Below are positions 1 to 13,202 of a DNA stretch of 64,000 nucleotides, one piece after another. Positions within the stretch are counted from its first letter, which is position 1; every line of letters starts with the position of its first letter. The notes under the pieces were generated by a model. That model did not search any database. It was given only the letters and a program-made list of their open reading frames with translations, and had not been told where the DNA came from. A program made the translations under genes and the position numbers. The DNA is from the human T2T-CHM13v2.0 reference genome, Homo sapiens: NCBI RefSeq assembly GCF_009914755.1, contig NC_060942.1; one strand, given 5' to 3'.

Positions 1-514
1 ATATGCATTTTTTTCCAACTGATCAAGGAACTGCATCTTTCCTCTAATAGGAATGAAAATAGAATCAATAATGCTTGCTGTAATCTAACTTAGATCTTTA
101 CCATACTGTTTGTCAAAAACCATGCAGCACACATATTATTTTGGGAGCAGAGAGGTTGAATTTAATCAGTGCCTTTTGTTTTCTTGCTACTTGCTTTGAT
201 TGCAGCAGTTTAGCTGTTTTGCTCTGTTTAGTCATTATCTGTTCCTCCCCCTCCTTCCTTCCTTCTCTTTGTTTCATTAGCATCTTTATTGTATAATTTC
301 TTTATTGTTTGAGCTGTGGTTCTCAGTGTTTAAATGATTGTTTTGTTTCTAAATTCCCTTTTTTCATCAGAAACTTATTTTAAACAAAAGTAGTTTGAAC
401 AAATCTGACATACGCCCTTGAATTATATTTATTTATATATCTGTGAGAGAATTCATGTCATAGTTTTGGATGACTTGGATACATATGTAAATTAGCATAA
501 TGCCCTTTAGGTAG

Positions 515-985
515 TGTGTACTACATTGATTGTACCAGTTAATGGCTTCACTGTCTCCATGAGCCTTGTAAGGGACTGCTGCTTCTCTTATCAAGAGGTA
601 TAGTCTATTTTTCCACTTTTGAATTTGTGCTGGTCCTGTGACTTGCATTGGTCAACAGAATGAAGCAGAGGAGGCTTTTGCCAGTTTCAAGACTAGAAAC
701 TTTAGTGGATGCCTGCACATTCCAGAGAATAAGCCTGGACTAACCAATGGGAAGATTAGAGAACATGCTGAAAAGATGTAAGTTCTCAGTTGAGGATATC
801 CTACGTCAACCAGCTCTCAGGCAACCCACAAACTGACTACAAGTGCATGCTCACATCTAGTCAAGATCAACCACATCTTTTCATACTAGCAGAAGATCTT
901 CATTGAGCCATAGACTGAAAGCAAAAATAAATTTATATGTTTCCACAATACCAGTAAGATATTGCCATTGTTATGTTACAAAGCA
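515..985 (+). mobile_element. Old MLT1-family MaLR solo LTR
   Basis: CTGGTCCTGTGACTTGCATTGGTCAACAGAATGAAGCAGA resembles the MLT1 core; AATAAA near the 3' end; boundaries approximate. Confidence 0.6.
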
Positions 986-1001
986 CCATTTGGGTATTAA
1001 G

Positions 1002-1220
1002 TATATACTTTTCTCCATGTATATACTTTTCCCCATCATATACTTTTCCCCATGTATATACTTTTCCCCATCATATACTTTTCCCCATCATGTACACTTT
1101 TCTCTATCATATACTTTTCCCCATCATATATACTTTTCTCCGTCATATACTTTTCCCCACCATATATAAAAGTATATAGTTTTAAAGTATATAATTTTCC
1201 CCATCATATACTTTTCCCCA
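1002..1220. repeat. Minisatellite, 17-19 bp unit (T)ATATACTTTTCCCCAT(C/G), about 11 units
   Basis: Directly visible tandem units; interrupted at about 1162-1192. Confidence 0.95.
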
Positions 1221-1400
1221 ACAAATCATATTTTAAACATTTGTTGAGTGCCATAATATATACCAAGATACTGAGGGAAGTACTAGTGGCATAGAAACAA
1301 ATGTCAACAACTCTCTCAACATGACATGCTCATGTGGAAGACAGACAGAAAAATCAGTCTGTATTACAATATAGTGTGATATATCAGATTTTTTAAAGCA
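1220..1400 (-). mobile_element. L2 3'-end fragment
   Basis: AAACATTTGTTGAGTGCCA...GGAAGACAGACA...ACAATATAGTGTGAT matches the antisense L2 tail. Confidence 0.55.
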
Positions 1401-2188
1401 ATGAAAGTCAACTGACAAAGTTTTCCTAAAGACATGGTCCCAGAATATCATGGCTTCCAATAGAACCAAGATATTGCAATTGTTCATGTTTTACATTCTG
1501 CCACAGTGTCTGCATACTGAATTTGTGACATAGGGATATAAAAGCAAAGAAAATGAAGTGGGATGGAAAGAAAATGATTACTTTATACTTAACTAAACTA
1601 AATGGGGATAAAATTGATAACCTTTATGGTTTGAATTCATAAGTCCATTTTACCCTCAATTTAGTTTTATGTCTTCAAAAGCTCCTGTCCAATTTTACAG
1701 ATTTCATAAAAGAAATAATTTTCTTTTGAAATTTCAGAATTGCTTTTTGGTTCAATTAAACCTTGATGCCAGGGCAACTGAAGCTGTTACCAGTTGACTG
1801 TCCTGCATATCTTGGCCAAGTGAATACATTCTGCATTTTTCCTTTATCTGCCTTGGAAGAATTATTCATTGATTGAACTCACATTTCTAGGAACACAGAT
1901 GGAAAATGGTTTTAAAAATGTACCCTTTAAAAGAGTGTTCTATTTTCTTTTCTCATTAAATGTCTTTGTATAGTCAACTATTTCTTCCAACAAACCACAG
2001 CTATGCCCTGGTGGCTCCTTATCATCCTAGGTTCTTTTACTCTCCCATAATATTCTTTTCTCTATACCTGAGTTTGCTATGTCAGAAATACCTCTGCCAT
2101 CCTCATAGTTGGAATAATATATTTATGCTCTTTCCTATGCCAAATGAAAAATATAAAAGGCAATACATGTCACTGAGTGAAATGCTGA

Positions 2189-2282
2189 TTTTCCTTTCTT
2201 CCCTCCCTTCTTCATTTCTTTCCTTCCTTCCTTCCTTCCTTCACTGTCCTTTTTTCCTTTTTGTTCCCTTCCTTCATTTTTT
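2189..2282. repeat. CT-rich (TTCC)n low-complexity tract
   Basis: Visible TTCC/CTTC runs. Confidence 0.85.
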
Positions 2283-2899
2283 AAGAATACACAGTTATTA
2301 TTTATACATTGTTTATCAGCATGACTTTGTAGAGAATTTATTCTTGAACTTATTTTATATTTTGTGTCCATACAGATTATATATATTTGACTTAAAGTTT
2401 GCTAAGTAAAAAGAGAAGCAATTTGAAGTCATCCATTTGTATTTTTAATCCAGGCTGCATCATGTTCTTGCTAAGAAATAAGTCAAATAACCTGAATGAT
2501 TCTCACCATATTATGCATAAAAGAAGGTAAATAATCTTACATTAGAAGCGTGATGTAAAAGTCAATCTAATTGTGTATATGTTAAAATAAAACCTTTCTG
2601 AATAGGTGACACTCTGAAAAACATTGTAGAATTGTTTAGAGATGTTGACACAGCAAAAAGTATAGTAAGTTCCTAAAATGTATTGAAGTAGAGAACAGCT
2701 TTTCTTGGACTTAAATTTTAAATGAACCTTGAAGTGTTATTAAAAATGTTAATTTTAAGAAGGAAGAGCCTTTCCAGGAAGAAATTTTCCAAATATCTGG
2801 GTTCCTAATGACTACTTCTTAAGTCTTGTGAATACTCGAAATAGAAACTCTTGCATTTTTATGATTAATCAACCTCTTATGTTCTAAGCCTGAGATCAT

Positions 2900-2960
2900 A
2901 TTTATCTATTTATCTATATATCTATCATCTATCTATCTCACTACATACACACACACACAC
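2900..2960. repeat. (TATC)n plus (CA)n compound microsatellite
   Basis: Visible. Confidence 0.85.
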
Positions 2961-3562
2961 TTCAGTAGGTAGCAGCAAAGGCTTTCTCTTTCACTGTGTT
3001 ATTTTAACTTTCATAAGAGAAAAGTTGCCTTACTATAGAAAGAATATATTCCCAATTCCATGTTCACAGCTTTTCTTTAATTATCATCTTTCTTAACCAC
3101 ATTTTTCACTTCATAAACTTGGCATACATGTTATATAAGAAAGTTTAAAGTATGATCTGAAGTGCAAAGTAATATATATTTCAAAAAGATATTAAGTAGG
3201 CACAAAGATTAATTTGTTTTTTGTTAATCTCATCCTCTATTTTTCTCTTCATTAACACTTATTTCTGTGCCCTTTGGTAACTGGGAAAGACATAGTGAGT
3301 AAATTGTAAGGGGAAAAATCCTCATTACTTCATGAAAACATGCGTCATAAGGTCAAATTAAGGATTCAACATAACCCTTCCCTGTTAGTCGCGCTACTTA
3401 TATGTTATTTATTGCAAAGGTAAAAGATACAGTTTATTTTCCAACTTGTAGCATTAAACATTTTAAATATTAAAGATGATAGAAAAACTTGGTTTGCATT
3501 TTCCTTTTGTGGACTCCAGAGGGCAGCATGCATTCTTTCAATGTCATAAAAGGTTAATAATA

Positions 3563-3594
3563 GCTATCCATCTATCTTTTTGTCTGTCTGTCTT

Positions 3595-3625
<31 letters not shown>
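3563..3625. repeat. (TGTC)n/(TATC)n tetranucleotide microsatellite
   Basis: Visible. Confidence 0.9.
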
Positions 3626-3696
3626 CTTCCATTGACTTTATATCTGTATTTCTGGGTAGAGACAAGTAGATCCCTGCTAAAAAGAAGAAATGAGAG

Positions 3697-3700
<4 letters not shown>

Positions 3701-3742
<42 letters not shown>
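3701..3742. repeat. (TA)21 microsatellite
   Basis: Perfect TA run. Confidence 0.98.
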
Positions 3743-3746
<4 letters not shown>

Positions 3747-5299
3747 AATTATTAGATACTTTCTTTGCATTTCCAAAAGAAAAAACACAATGTGGTTAAC
3801 TAAGCAGAACATATCCTTCTGGACCTTCCAAAAGTACTAAATATAAAATAACATTATTTTACTTTCATTTTAAAAACTATTTAATTTTATAAATAATTAA
3901 GCTTTTGAATAGATGCTGAAAATTACTCCATTCTTTATATAACCAACAAAACAAGACTAGAAAAGTAAAACTGACTTTCACCAGGACAAACAATGAATTT
4001 TCCTAAGAATAAAGGATGATATGGTAGCACATTCTGGACAACTTTTAGATGTCTGAATATATAGCAAGGGAAACTTAGATACTCCCTGTGTAAAGGGCTA
4101 TCTTGTGCATTTACTTGTCTAGACTTTTAATAAATCAAGACCAGTCAGTGACCATTTATAAAGTGCTGGCATTATTCTAATTATAGAAGAAGTGTGTGAT
4201 ATATAACTGTAGGGGATGTGGAAAGACAAGCCTGTGTTTTTCAACTAATGATGCTTTTAATGACCTCTCCTCACAAGCTACTCAATGAACAATTTAGAAG
4301 AAGGTAAAGGTAATAAAGAGAGCTTTATTCTACTTACTTCTCTCTTAATTTCATCTTTTGGTTTGTTTTAATCAAGAAAAAATGGGACAAAATAATCATT
4401 TCACAGATAAAGCTTTAGTTAATGGTAGAGGAAAGAATATCAATCTGGAATTGAGCATTGAAAATTTGAAGCACCTGGGGGAGATTCTGCTTACAGAGAG
4501 AATGGGGACAATAAATGAGGACCATGGAAAAGGTAAAAGTGGCATTTTACTAATAATTATACATGAAATTACAGCGATTACATTTATTTTCCACTAAATT
4601 AAAACAAAACAAAGTTGCGACTAATGTTTAAAAATGCAAGAAAAGGAAAATGCAGTATTTTGATATGATATGCACACCTGCTTATATTTGTCTCTGGTTG
4701 TTTGCAGGACCTGGTCACATAAACTTTCACAATGGTATTTTTTTTTTTTTTAATGGAAGGGAAGCCCAAGTTCCTTATTTCTACTTGCAAGAAAATTAAC
4801 ACTTGGGAGAAAGTGCAGAATGATTGAAAGATGATCTTAACAAATCATTACATTTTTCTTTTTGGTCTTAACAAGTAGAAATAAAGCTACATCTATGGGA
4901 TTCTTTAACATGAGCACTGTAATTTACATGCAAAATAAATTCAGGTGGAGCTATTCAGGGAGACTAGGTATAGCAGGATCACCATTTGTCAGAGATTATT
5001 ACTCTAGAAGGCTCCCTAGGAGAAGCATAAATTTGTCCTGAAATAACACATTGCGTAATAACAGCAAGGAGCTTGTCTCTGCACTTCTCAAAGGCTGCAC
5101 ACCTGTGCAGAGAGACCTTCCCACTGAGCCTATCAAGCTAACCTGCTCATTCATGTGGCAATCCCAGCCCTTAGTTAGGAACTACTGAAGCAATCACAGA
5201 ACCATCAATTTACCCACTAACATGTTGTCTTTGAAACATAACGGGGATAGATCTATTTCATTTGAAACCCTAAATGCTTTAAGAAAGACTGGGTTAGTA

Positions 5300-5500
5300 G
5301 GAAGATACCAAACACTGGATTTAAGTAATCCTAAATTTAAAAAAAAAATCTCAATAGTTTGGCTCATTCATTAACTATGAAGATCAGTGTCCTCATATCT
5401 AAATGGAGAATAATAAAGTCCTCATCAGAGGATTATTGTGATGATGATAATTGCTTTAGGCAAAGTGTCTAGCGCAGTGCCTGGAATAATTGAGCATCTC
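5300..5500 (+). mobile_element. MIR SINE
   Basis: TCAGTGTCCTCATATCTAAATGGAGAATAATAA MIR core; AAAGTGTCTAGCGCAGTGCCTGG tail. Confidence 0.7.
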
Positions 5501-8089
5501 TGCTTGTGTTGGAATCAGGGGGCCTATAATATTACAAACTCAGATCTCGTCCTTCATGTAAGATGACAAACCATCCGCAGCATAACCCCAAGCTCTGAAT
5601 AGTAGCACTGACCCATTTGTGTTATGTGTCCCTGCCCACATTTAACTTATGGATTCTGGTCATCCAAGGCTCGGTGAGATATAGAATGGTTCTGGGTACT
5701 CTAGCCATGAGACTGTTAACGAGCTAAGTGGCCATAAATGGAGTTACACTGTGTGCTCATTCAGGACCAAGTTCCAAATAGCAACTTTCTGTCTAGCTAG
5801 TCCTTCAGCCACTTGTAAGGAAACTTTAATGCAAAGATATCCTTTTGAAAGTAGGAGCAAACCTTTTTATTATTGAATACTGATTTAGTTAATTGAATTA
5901 TTAAGCCTTTGGAACTTCATCCATTTATAGTTCCACTGTCATTTTGTTGTTTTGGAAGAGTGATATGAGGGAGCACACTCATTTACCAAGCCTACACTAA
6001 TAGTTGGTAAATGTGGTTGTGCTTAAATTTAAATGGAAAGCTAAACTCAGCAATTTAATTCAAATAACGAGCTACCAATTATTTTCAGGATCTTAGAGCT
6101 CCTTTTGGTTATAAATTGCTGTTTGCAGATAGCAACTAGTCAATCATTTCACCACAAAGCCTCTTATTAAGTAAAATTGTTTTAATCGTTAAAAGTGTTT
6201 GGAGTTTCAGAAAGTCAGACAGCACAAAAATACCTAATAATACACTCTAAGCCACCTACAATGAATTTCAACTTTATCTGGCTCCAAAGAGAAAATGACT
6301 AAAATATTTTTGGTGGATGAGTATCAGTGGATTTCCACTGCATGTATTATTTCAAACAGGGATAAGTGTATGATTAAGCAGAAAAAGAACTAATTGATTT
6401 GATTAAAAGTATTTTTAATAGAAAACCTTAAATAGACATCCTGTAGAGGAACATGGTAAGACTCTCTAACGTACCATAATCTATAAGGCATATACAAATA
6501 TATACATAGCTATATATTCATAGCTATACATGCATGGAGCTAACATAATAGGCCTCTCATAGAGAAATAATTAACACTGCAAAATATGATTTTGACCCTC
6601 ATTAGAGCATCTTCCTTAAATAAATAAGAGCTGTTTTCTTTATAAAATATTGTTTTTATTATCCACCTAAAAATTCCACCAGTCAGCAGTGGGATTTGGT
6701 TCATCACAAACAAACTTGAAAATAATTTTTTTAAAAACATAAATTACTTAGAGAAGATGCCCTAATTCCAAAAAAAATCAGTAGGCACATTTTCTAGAAT
6801 TAGTTTTTGCTAACGTAAAAATTCACCAGTTCAAGACAAGAGAGGGTTTTAAAGCTATTTAGTGTATGTTCACATTCTATACATTCAACCATACTGGGGT
6901 CAAAATTGCCAATGTGCATAACATCAGACTGTCATAGTTCATTCTATTAAACTAAAAGCCTACAAAAGACACAATTTGCTCACATAAACAGGCTAAAGTT
7001 AAGTCCATTATGAGACAACAAAGAGCTCATCTTCTTGAAGAGATTGGAAAAGTTCAAATATAAAGCATAAAAATTTCAAAGGAATGTTAGGATCCACCCA
7101 TGTAACTAATTCTTATTCTAGGCTAGATGCTAAGCTCTTTATGAGGAGCCAGTAAGTAATTGCATTATTAAAAACATGTTTTTTAAAATATTTCTTATTT
7201 TTATTTATTTATGCAAAGACAGTATCGGCAATAGGTAATGAAGACATGTTTTTAAGTTTAAAATTAATTTCCCATTTTGAAAGGTTCAGGACTTTGTCTC
7301 TTCTTTCTACCTTACCCTTTTAAGTACTTCACCCCAACAAAGTAGCAAAAAAGTGTATTCCTTTAGTTTTTCTTAATGTTATATTGGGATACCTACAATT
7401 GGCTCTTTAAAATTTAGTTACCATTTATAGTTAAGCTAGAGAGTTAATTACAGAATGATACATATAAGAATGTTATAGCACCTCAAAAAGTACAAATAAT
7501 TTTTAAAAGTAAAATTTCAGGGCACTTCCAAATTCTGAGGTATAATAAAGTCCTCCTGGGGATTCTTAAGTTGAAAGACACTTCCCTTCACATTCAGAAT
7601 AAAAATTACTAGGAATTATAGAGCACGATGCACACTGGTAATATGGCCCATAGTAGCTACATTAGGTGAGGGATAAATGGAGTCTCCATGTTTTAGAGAC
7701 AACATAATTGGGAGAAAGGCCAGGAAGCCTCTGTAAACTCATATCTATGGCTGGTCAAATGATACTGATAAAACTGTTTCCCTTAAAAAGGTATTATCCC
7801 TTTGCTTCCTTTCCAGGGATTAGCCCTTGAAGTTCTTATACAGCTACTTCCCTTCTTTACATCACCAGTTCTAGGAGCAAACCTCCTGAAAGAATGGTAA
7901 TACCGACTGGAAAAGCAAGACTGTGGGTGCAGCAAAGGGACCCTGATGCTCTAGTTGTTTGTCATTTACAATGTACAATGAAGAGAGCAGCTAATCTAGA
8001 AACACTGTTAACTCTGCCTCTAGCACATTCTTGGGATATGTGTATTAAGCAACTTTCGTGGTTTAGAAATACCTAAACTACATATGTTG

Positions 8090-8790
8090 ATTCTTCTGGA
8101 CATACAGCCAACTAGCAGACACTCTCTAGGTGCTGAAAATATAACACTGAACAAAAGTCAATGTTGACATGAAATTATTCTAATGATGAAAATAGACAAT
8201 GGACACAGAATGAATTATGTCATATAATAGCACATGGTGTTAAGTGCTATGAGAAAAAAAATAAAACCGCATAAGGGTAAAGAGAGTGGTGAGATTGCTC
8301 TTTCAGACAAAGTGGGCAGGGAAAGCCTCTCTAAGGTGAATTTTGACTACTAAATTAAAGAACGTGAGGGAAACCATCTAGCTAATATTTAGGGGAAGGG
8401 CATTCCAAGTCTGTACACAATGGCAAATGCAATGGTCCCAATGTGGAAATATGGTTGGCATTGTGACAGAACCTGAAGGCCAGTGTGGGTAGGCATAGCG
8501 TAATTAAAGGAAAGTGCAGTAGAAATGAAATACATGAGCAATAAATGTGCCAGGTTGTATAAGGACTTGGATTTTATTTTGTGATGGGAAAGCATTTTTG
8601 AATTTATCAAGAAGAGAAAGATGATCTGACAGATTGTTAAAGGATCAGTATGACTGTTGTGGTTTAAATTTATAGAAAGATCAGTCAGCAATATTTGTCA
8701 CTTTTCTGCAGCCAAGTTCAACTACAAAGGTTCATGGAGTTATTCTGATTTAATTGGTGTTGGAATTTCACCAGGCAAGAGAGTTGATGA
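8090..8790 (-). mobile_element. L2 3' portion, interrupted by L1M
   Basis: TAAGTGCTATGAGAAAA, CAGGGAAAGCCTCTCT, GGGGAAGGGCATTCCA and GAAGGCCAGTGTGG are typical antisense L2 motifs. Confidence 0.75.
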
Positions 8791-8799
8791 TAAAGGTAC

Positions 8800-9624
8800 T
8801 TTTTAAAATTGTAATTGTAGAGTTTAATGTCATTAAACTTAATGTCATTAAGAACACATTGTTGTACAAGGATCACCACTATCCATCTCCAGAACTTTTC
8901 CCCTTCCCAAACTAAAACTCTACTCATTAAATTGAAACTTCCCACTCTTCCCTCCCCCAACCCCTGGCAACCACCATTCTACTTTCCATCTCTGTAAATT
9001 TGACTAGTCTAGATACCTCATATAAGTAGAATAATACAATATTTTTCCTTTTCATTTGGCTTATGTTGGCTTATTTCACTTAGCATAATGTCTTCAAGGT
9101 TTATCTATGTTGTGCATGTGCCAGAATTTTATTCATTTTTAAGGTGAATAATATTCCATTGTGTGTATATACCACACTGTATTCATCCATTCATCCACTG
9201 ATGAACAGTGGGTTGTTTCTATTTTTTTGGCCATTGTCAATAATGCTCCTATGAATATGAGTGTACAAATACCTGTTTAAGTCTCTGCTTTCACTTCTTT
9301 TGAGCATATACCCAGAAGTGTAATTGCTGGATCGTATGGTAATTCTAGTTTAATTTTGGAAGAACAGCCATCTTTTCCCACAAGGACTGCACCATTTTAC
9401 ATTTTCTACCACTGGTGCACAAGGGTTATAATTTCTCCACATTATTGCCAACACGTGTCATTTTCTGTTTTATTTTTTAAAATAGCAATTCTAAAGTGTA
9501 TGAAGTAGTATTTCTTAGTGCTTTTATTGATTTGCATTTCCTTGATGATTAGCATGATTTCGTACGTTTATTGGACATTTATATACCTCTTTTGTAGAAA
9601 TGTCTATTTAAGTATTTTGCCCAT
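8800..9624 (-). mobile_element. L1MB-like 3' UTR and ORF2 end
   Basis: CCCCTGGCAACCACCATTCTACTTTC, ATACCTCATATAAGT, ATACCCAGAAGTGTAATTGCTGGATC. Confidence 0.9.
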
Positions 9625-11011
9625 AAGACACAACAACAACAACAAAAAGAAAACTACAAGGCAATATCTCTGACGAACATAGATGCAAAAATCCTCAACA
9701 GAATACTAGCAAATCAAATCCAGCAGGACATCAAAAAGCTAATCCATCATGATCAAGTAGGCTTTATTCCTGGAATACAAGGTTGTTTCAACATAAACAA
9801 ATCAATAAATTTGATTCACCACATAAAATAATCAAAAACAAAAAATACATAATCATCTCAATTAATGTGAAAAAAGGCTTTTGATAAAACCTTTTCATAA
9901 TAAAAACCCTCAACAAATTAGGCATTGAAAGAACATACCTCAAAATAACAAGAACCATCAATGATAAACGTACAGCCGTAATACTGAATGGGAAAAAGCT
10001 GGAAGCATTCCCCTTAAGAAACTGAACAAGGCAAGGATGCCTACCTTTATGACTTCAAAATAGTACTGGAAATTCTAGCCCAGAGAAATAAATAAAAGGC
10101 ATACAAATAGGAAAAGAAGTCAAACTGTTTATATTCACTGATAATATTATTCTGTACCTAGAAAACCCTAAAGACTCCATCAAAAGGCTCCTAGAATTGA
10201 TAAATGACCTCAGTAGAGTTTCAGAATACAAAATCAATGTAGAAAAACCAGTCGCATTTCTATACACCAATAACATTCAAGCAGAGAGCCTAATTGAGAA
10301 TTCAGTATTGTCTGTGATGATCAGAAATAATAACCTGGAATACCTAGAAATACAGCTAATCAAGAAGGTAAATGATCTCTACAAGGAGAACTTCAAAACA
10401 CTGCTGCAAGAAATCATAGATAACCAAAACAAATGGAAAACGATTTCATGCTCATGGAATGGAAGAATCAGTATCTATAAAATGGTCATACTGCCCAAAG
10501 CAATCTATAAATTCAATGCTATTCCTATCAAACTTCCAACATCATTTTTCACAGAATTAGAAAAATATGTTCTAGAATTCATAGAGATCCAAAAAAGAGC
10601 CTGAATAGCCAAAGCAATCCTAAGCAGGAAGAACAAAGCCGGAGGCATCACATTACCTGACATCAGACTATTCTATAAGGCTACAGTAACCAAAATAGCA
10701 TAGTAATGATACAAAAACACACATATTGACCAAAGGAACAGGTTAGAGAATGCAGAACTAAAGCCAGACACATACAGCCATCTGACCTTTGACAAAGTTG
10801 ACAAAAATAAGTGATGGGTAAAGGACTCCCTATTCAATAAATGGTGCTGTCATTACTGGCTAGCCCTATGCAGAACAAAACTGGACCCTTACCTTTCACT
10901 ATATACAAGAATTAAATCAAGATGGATTAAAGATTTAAATATATTACTTCAAACTATAAGAACCCTAGAAGAAAAGTGACAAAATACCCTTGTGGACATT
11001 GTCTTTGGGAA
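9625..11011 (+). mobile_element. L1PB/L1MA-like internal ORF2 (RT) fragment, no 3' UTR
   Basis: Encodes degenerate ...NIDAKILN.. and [30 protein letters not shown] (ORF 10197-10604). Confidence 0.92.
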
Positions 11012-12340
11012 TTTTGTCAAATGCTCTTTCTGAATCAATTGAGATGATTATGTAATTTTTGTTCTTCATTCTTTTAATGTGGTACATCATACCTATGGAT
11101 TTTTGTATATTAAATAATCTTTGTATTTATATACTAAGTGAGAATAAATCCCACTTAGCCAAATGTATAATCCTTTTAATGTGCTGCTGAATTCTGTTTG
11201 CTAGTATTTTGTTGGAGACTTTTCCATCAATATTCATAAAGGACATTGGTCTGTAGTTTTATTTTCTTTTAGTGTTTTTGTGCCCTTTAGTATCAGCATA
11301 ATGCTGTCTTCATAAAATGCATTAGGCAGCATTACCTTCTCTTTCATTTTGTGGAAGAGTTTGAGAGAGATTGGTGTTATTACTTAAAGGATTGTTAAAA
11401 CTGAGCAGTGAAGCACATCTGGTCCTGGGCTTGTCTTTGCTGGGAGGTTTATAATTACTGTCTCAATACCTTTATTTCCTATAATTCTGTTCAGGTTTTC
11501 TATTTCTTTTTGAGTCAGTTTTTATAGGATGTGTTTTTAGTATTTTGCTCATTTCATCTATGTAACCTACATGAAATGAACAAACTTGTTCATTTGTTTG
11601 CATAATTTGTTGGCATACAATTGTTCATTATACTCTTTTGTACTTTTGTAAAATTTTGGCAATATGCTCAATTTATTATTTTAGTTATTTGAGTTTTCTC
11701 TTTTTTCTTAGATAATCCAGCTAAATTTTGTCAATTTTATTGATTTTGTGAAGAACCAGCTGTTGGTTTCATTAATTTTATCCATTCTTTTCCTATTTAT
11801 CTCTTCTAATTTTTATCATTTCTTTTTTTTTCCTCTCTCTATTTTCTTAAGGCTTAAAGTTATATTGTTTGAGAGCTTTTTTCTTTTTAATTAAGCATTT
11901 ATAGCTGTGAATGTTCCTTTTAACACTGCTTTTGCTGCATGCCATAAGTTTTGTTATGTTGTGTTTTCACAATATTTATCTCAAGCTATTTTCTAATTTT
12001 TTGTGCGATTTATTCTTTGGCTTATTGTTTGTTTAAGAATGTGTCATTTAATTTCCACATATTTTTTAATTTTCCAGTTTTCCTTCTGCTATTTATTTTT
12101 TAGTTTCTTTTCATTGTGAATGTGAAAAATATATTTTATATAATTTCAATATTTTTAACATTTTAAGTCATTTTATAGCCCAACATATGAATTATCTTGG
12201 GAAGTATTTCATACACACCTGAGAAAAATGTATATTACTTTGTTAGATGCAGTGTTCTTAAATGTCTGTTAGATCCAATTAATCTATAGTGTTATTTGAG
12301 TCCTCTATTGTGTTATTAATCTACTATCTGATTGTTCTAG
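11012..12340 (-). mobile_element. L1M ORF2 fragment, probable continuation of 8800-9624
   Basis: TTTTGTCAAATGC, TTTGCTAGTATTTTGTTG and ATCTGGTCCTGGGC are antisense to the AFDKI, NKILAN and SPGPD motifs. Confidence 0.88.
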
Positions 12341-13190
12341 GAGAACTTTTAATCATGAACCATAAAATATAAGTTGGATAAGAAGGGACATAAAGATATG
12401 AAAGAGATAAAAGGAAAAAAATTTATTCTGGAATGATGGAACAATTGTTAGAATCCAGTTACTAGAGATACAAAATGGAAAGGCAGCACACAGTTGTTGA
12501 AATCAGGGTGGCTGAAATATAGCTCATGTCAAGTTCTCATTACTGGTCGAGTGCAGGGAGTGACCATGTGAGTGGTAAGTTGGCATAGGCAGGACAATGT
12601 GGAGGAAGTGAGAAGGCTAAGAAACTGATAATTGGATTGGATTGATGATCCTATGGAGTTAATCAGAATGAGGGCTAGAAAATGGTGAGAATAAATGCAT
12701 TGAACCAAAATGCTAATATCTTCAAGGGGATATGGGGAATGTCAGGGAAGAAAATAGATTACAACACTCTGAGAAGTACGTGAAGAAGTCTGATTCCATA
12801 GGCTTCAAGGGAACTTGCTCTTATAGGATGACCTAGAAATGATAATGAGAAGCCCACATCCAGGAATATTGGTATAAGATGTATGTGAGAGGAAATTACC
12901 ATTATTTGAGAGGACAGCAAGAGCGATTATATCTCTAGAAAATAAATAGATTTCAATTACTGCAAAAACTTTTGTCAAAGAGATGGAAAAAATAAAAGAT
13001 GCTTATGAGTTGATTGTAAGTTGCAAAGAGTCCAGTAGAAGGATTTGCGTGTGCCAGTGTGAGAGGGTGAGAAAGGAATGCATGAGGATGCACAGAGCAT
13101 GGCATAGGGGGTTAGAGCAGGAATGGGGAGGACTATCTAGAATGCATGTATTTCTTACTGAGTAGAGGCAAACATAAAGGTAGAGCATGA
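12341..13190 (-). mobile_element. Probable L2 continuation
   Basis: Purine-rich degenerate sequence with L2-like GGGTGGCTGAAATA and GAGGACAGCAAGAG; resumes after the L1M. Confidence 0.5.
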
Positions 13191-13202
13191 TATAATGATT
13201 CT

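Noticed and set aside
1002-1220. CRISPR-like array; ORFs 903-1294
   Set aside because: Units are contiguous with no unique spacers, there are no cas genes and the context is eukaryotic; the ORFs are repeat translations
1960-2409. 149-aa ORF
   Set aside because: Kept open by a CT-rich low-complexity tract; no protein family resemblance
8824-8851. Duplicated palindromic word TTAATGTCATTAA
   Set aside because: Small slippage duplication within an L1 3' end; no sign of function
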